Assembly (NCBI RefSeq): GCF_000002075.1
Contig: NW_004797397.1
Coordinates: 868,071 to 919,473 of the forward strand
Direction of reading: 5' to 3'
Length of the DNA: 51,403 nucleotides
Origin: Aplysia californica
Lineage: Eukaryota
In this document: piece by piece, positions 47,801-51,403 of the stretch
How the letters are laid out: every line of letters starts with the position of its first letter
Position numbering within the stretch: position 1 is the first letter of the stretch
The notes under the pieces: model-generated
Seen by the model: only the letters and a program-made list of their open reading frames with translations
Database searches by the model: none
What the model was told of the DNA's origin: nothing
Translations under genes and position numbers: made by a program

Positions 47801-50675
47801 CTTTCCCAAGAGGGGGGAATAGGCTTTCATTACGCAAACACAATGTCATATCACTTCTCAAGATGTTTGCTTTTCTGTTTCTATTCTTCTGTCATGCAAA
47901 GAAGCAAATAAAAATGACTACATCTATTGTATTGTGACTAAAATGCAACAAAAACGCAAGTTATCAAGGCCCCCGTTTAGTTTTCAAGTATCCTTCCCCC
48001 CCTTTCCGGTTCACATAAGCGGGGCCTCGTTTGTAGCGCCCGAGGCGACCGATGGCTGATGACGTCGCTCAGTGGAAATTTCCCAGCCGCAGGGCATTCA
48101 CCCAGTACGCGCAAAGGCAATGTCGCTTTTTCCCTTAGTTACTCCCACATTTTTAAAGATTACAACGCCAAAACCGCTAAACACAGAAGCTTGAATTTTA
48201 AGGGAATAAAGAAAAATGGTGTACAACGTATCAGTCAGTTTGACAAATCACAGCTCCGAAAAATCTTCAAAGCGCACCACATCAACCACTTTCGCAAACG
48301 TTTTCGACTGCTTCTAGGATGGGTACAATGTTGTCAAACTGCATACTACGAGATTGACCTCTTTTCTGATTGGCTGCCAAGTTTCATTCATATCCATTCA
48401 CGAGAAGCGGCGTGAGAGCGAGTTGAAGACAACAACCATTGCATTAGTGCGTCCCATTAAACACCCCCGCTGCGGGGGCCAAAAATCGGCAGAACAAAAC
48501 GCGCTCGGTGGGCATTGCTACAACAAGTGAGAAAGAGACGAAGTGAAGCTAGGTGAACTTTCTTTCAAAAGTAAAGAGGTTCGGTTTCTTTTTTTTTCTT
48601 TTTCTTTTTTTAATTTGACTTTTATTCCCCGATTCGGGGACCAAAAAATGCCAAAAAATCGAGCCACGATTGATTGGTCGCGGCCGCGACAAACGCATGC
48701 TAGTTCTATTTTGTGTCGTTATCAATACCCTCCGTAGATCGCACACGAGTGAACACAACACATTAAGTTTTTAAGAGCAGCACCCTTCATAGGCAACACG
48801 TCATTATATATCTCTAGCGAAAAACTGTTTGGAACTGTAGCATTTCTTTATATATAAATATTTACTGCGGACATTTTTTGGACCGATTGAACCATATTGT
48901 ATACCAACAATCTTTGGTAGAGTAATCGTACCGGGTCGGGCAGCACGTTTTTTTTTTAGCTGTCGGGCACTGGAGTACAAAAAGATCGTTTAAAACTAGC
49001 CTCAAAAGAGTGGCACACAGACCTAAAGCAACCTCCCTTACTTTCGTTGAAACAACAGTTACGGCGATATTTTGCTAAAAATAGTCCTTAAGACAGCTTT
49101 TTCTTCATCAACTGAGCAAAACAGCGTGAAGCTCTTTCCCTGGAAGAGTTAACATTGGTTGTGGATGAAGGAGCCTGTCTAGATTCCTCGTTTTGGTAAA
49201 CTCTGAAAGCTGAGAGTTATTTGCATATGAGGCCCCATCAAGGATGAAAGAGAATTTGCAGGTCAGCCTCGCCGTTTTTGCCCAAAGGGGGGGGTGCCCA
49301 GATTGTAATAACATAAAATCCGTAGTTTCTCATCCTTCGGGCACATAAAGGTAATATAGTGCCAATGGTTATATATTTTTAAGAATCAAGAATTTGTGCC
49401 TAATTTAAATAATAGTAGAGTCAGATACAGCATATTAGCTCAGTCAGACACCAGGGTAGTAAAGTCAGATACCAGCGTGTAATACAGTCAGATATCAGCA
49501 GAGTAGCAGAGTCAGATACCAGTGTAGTTGAGTGAGCCAGATGCCAGTGTAGTAGAGTCAGATACCACGTAGTAGAGTGGGTCAGAATCAGATACATACT
49601 CATTAAGATAGCTATAAATGGTGAAAACCACTTTAGACAAACTATCAAATTGTGTCCAAGTGTTGATAACAAGCATTAAAAATCATTTAAGCTTGCAAAG
49701 AAATAAATGTGATAATAACTGAAAATGACCGAATGTCAAAATACTGCCCGAATCCATGAGAGAACAAAAAAAAAATGTGTCCGAACTCGTAAATAAATCG
49801 GGCGTCACTTTTGCACCCAGTAAGGGCCTCAAATATGAGAACAAGCTGATACAGGTAATTCCTGGGGTCATCCAATCACAGAACTTCCTCTGGTTTCGGT
49901 TTGTCTCTAGGGCAAGGCAGATAGGAGATATAATAAAGCTTTAAAGTCGACGTGCCTGTTTTCGTCCTTATTTTGACCGAACCGGTAATTTTACTCTAGG
50001 CCTATACTATAGATCTAGATCTATAAAATATCTGAAATTTGCGGGAAAGGATGACCAAAGGATGTGATTTCATAGTGTTCGGAGAAATAGTGCCCAGCTT
50101 TATTTTCCCGAACGTTCGGAGAATATAGCGCCGGTCTCATATTTTTGGTCAGTCTAGCCATCATATAGATTCTAGATCTAGATCTAAATACGGCTAGGTA
50201 GTTCAGCTATCTAGAGTCTAGCTGTACTTTTAAAGTAGCCAAGCAGTAAGTGCGGCTAGCCTAGCAGTCTCGCTGTCTATCTATGTAGGCTTGCCTCTTC
50301 CTTTTCAAATCTCAAATGACCGTATGAGTATGAACTGCACAATTTCAGTTTCAAAATACCACATGGGTAGGCCTAATGCAGGACACAGTGCAGTGCGTGA
50401 AACATGTCAACAATGACTTTGCATTTTCATTCAGAACTCTGAACACGATGGATTACACAGCAAATCACAGAAGAGTCAGACTCCTCAGACTGATTGGTGT
50501 TTGGGACTTTCATCAGCAAGCTTTGACGTTACCGACTGTCCTGCAATGATCGATCTTCTCCAATATAATTTATAAAACCTACATTTTTATGATATCCAGC
50601 AGCTGGGGCTACCACACTGGCTTCGATGCGGGGAACGTTACGAATCAGCGCACTCGAAAGTCTGTGAAGCGCCAT
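41733..50675 (-). CDS. ISCU: Iron-sulfur cluster assembly scaffold ISCU, mitochondrial precursor, 164 aa (exons 50583-50675, 45759-45872, 44824-44934, 43556-43634, 41733-41830)
   Basis: The spliced translation contains [44 protein letters not shown] and [20 protein letters not shown], with three conserved Cys and the LPPVK motif. All introns are GT-AG; 495 nt. The N-terminus resembles a mitochondrial targeting peptide. Confidence 0.97.
43385..43440 (-). mobile_element. Degenerate CORE-like SINE fragment in ISCU intron
   Basis: AGTGCCTTTCCCAAGGACACAA matches the motif at 172-193. Confidence 0.45.
43556..43634 (-). CDS. ISCU: ISCU coding exon 4
   Basis: [26 protein letters not shown]; cag| and |gtaag boundaries. 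Confidence 0.95.
44824..44934 (-). CDS. ISCU: ISCU coding exon 3
   Basis: [37 protein letters not shown], read by hand (not in the ORF track); cag| and |gtaagt boundaries. Confidence 0.95.
45759..45872 (-). CDS. ISCU: ISCU coding exon 2
   Basis: [38 protein letters not shown]. Confidence 0.95.
46870..47330. repeat. ~175-bp tandem repeat (2.5-3 diverged units), possibly Helitron/HINE core repeats
   Basis: GAAACTTGGCA recurs at ~46948, 47123 and 47297, and GCAGAATCTAGTC recurs with the same period. Confidence 0.7.
47587..47672. repeat. Compound microsatellite C-run/(TC)n/(CA)n/(GCAC)n
   Basis: Directly visible. Confidence 0.9.
49412..49597. repeat. Minisatellite, ~22-26-bp units around AGTAGAGTCAGATACCAG
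   Basis: About 7-8 degenerate units. They explain the repetitive 49421-49672 minus-strand ORF. Confidence 0.8.
50583..50675 (-). CDS. ISCU: ISCU coding exon 1 (targeting peptide)
   Basis: [31 protein letters not shown] then gtaggt donor; joins exon 2 in phase 0. Confidence 0.9.
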
Positions 50676-51403
50676 GTTGAATGTTATTGAGAGCTTGAAT
50701 GAGTGAGGAGTGAGGTGAAGGTGCTCTGTTCTAGGCAAGGCAGGCCTACTTTCTGTTTGTTGTGCAACTGCGCTTTGACCTTGTCTCTGGGATAAAATAC
50801 GGTTTTGATTAGAAACTGTTTTTTGTTTAAAGAAAGTGTTTGTCATAACACTACTGGATCTATACAAACAAAATTATCATATTAAAATATACATGTAGTA
50901 TAGTTTTAAAATATTTATATTTGTTTTATTACTTGAGAGATTTCTGTGACCTAGCTAAGCCTTACCAATAATTTTCTTCTCCTGGCCTGTGCTGCTGAGT
51001 GCTGAGGTTGTTTGTAAACAAAGGGCAAAGGCTGAGGCGAACCAAGTGACGGTTCAGTGTGTGCGTTTTTGATGTTGTTATCTTCTTGGCCTAGAGCATG
51101 ACATGCAAATATAATCTAGATCTAGATCTAGTCTAGATCTAGTTTTGGATCAGGTCAGGTAAGTCTGTCCCCATATGTGTAAACTAAAATTTAACGCGCA
51201 TGCGATAATTTAAACCATTTTTAGGTTAGAGTTAGGCATCCTCCAAATTCAGTTATTGGTGATCTTGTAGATCTAGATCTAGTTCCGTTCGTTAAAGTCC
51301 ACGATCCATTTGTTTACATCCAGAGAAGAAATCCAGAAGTTTTGATGAACAAATACTTTTTGAAATAGGCTACACAAAGAGCAGGGATGCAACCTACCTC
51401 GTT

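Noticed and set aside
47968-48480. 118-aa ORF (48059-48415) and short GC palindromes in ISCU intron 1 as a nested gene or ncRNA
   Set aside because: There is no recognisable domain or RNA family. It lies next to a transposon-like end at ~48700 and is probably element interior.

Overview
Eukaryotic (metazoan, invertebrate-like) genomic DNA with spliceosomal introns and four N gaps. The abundant (TAGATC)n motifs and repeat types suggest a gastropod mollusc (inference only). The first ~35.4 kb is a head-to-tail array of six near-identical copies (period ~6.8-7.0 kb) of a 3-exon, 276-aa divergent Ser/Thr kinase gene whose P-loop has no glycines. Copies 1-4 are intact, copy 5 has a rearranged exon 2, and copy 6 is mutated and truncated. 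Copies 1 and 2 may be one locus duplicated across an assembly gap. Each copy has a TATA box at -31 and a TCAGTT initiator. Upstream lie nested modules of a 35-bp tandem repeat whose unit carries a TCF/LEF HMG site (CCTTTGATG), an adjacent C-clamp helper-like site (ACCGCC), a Sox site (CATTGTT) and GGTCA/TGACC half-sites. The presumptive 3' UTR is packed with sense-strand ACTAAY (STAR/Quaking-type) motifs. The remainder holds MITE, SINE and LINE fragments and a complete 5-coding-exon ISCU gene (Fe-S cluster scaffold, 164 aa) on the minus strand.
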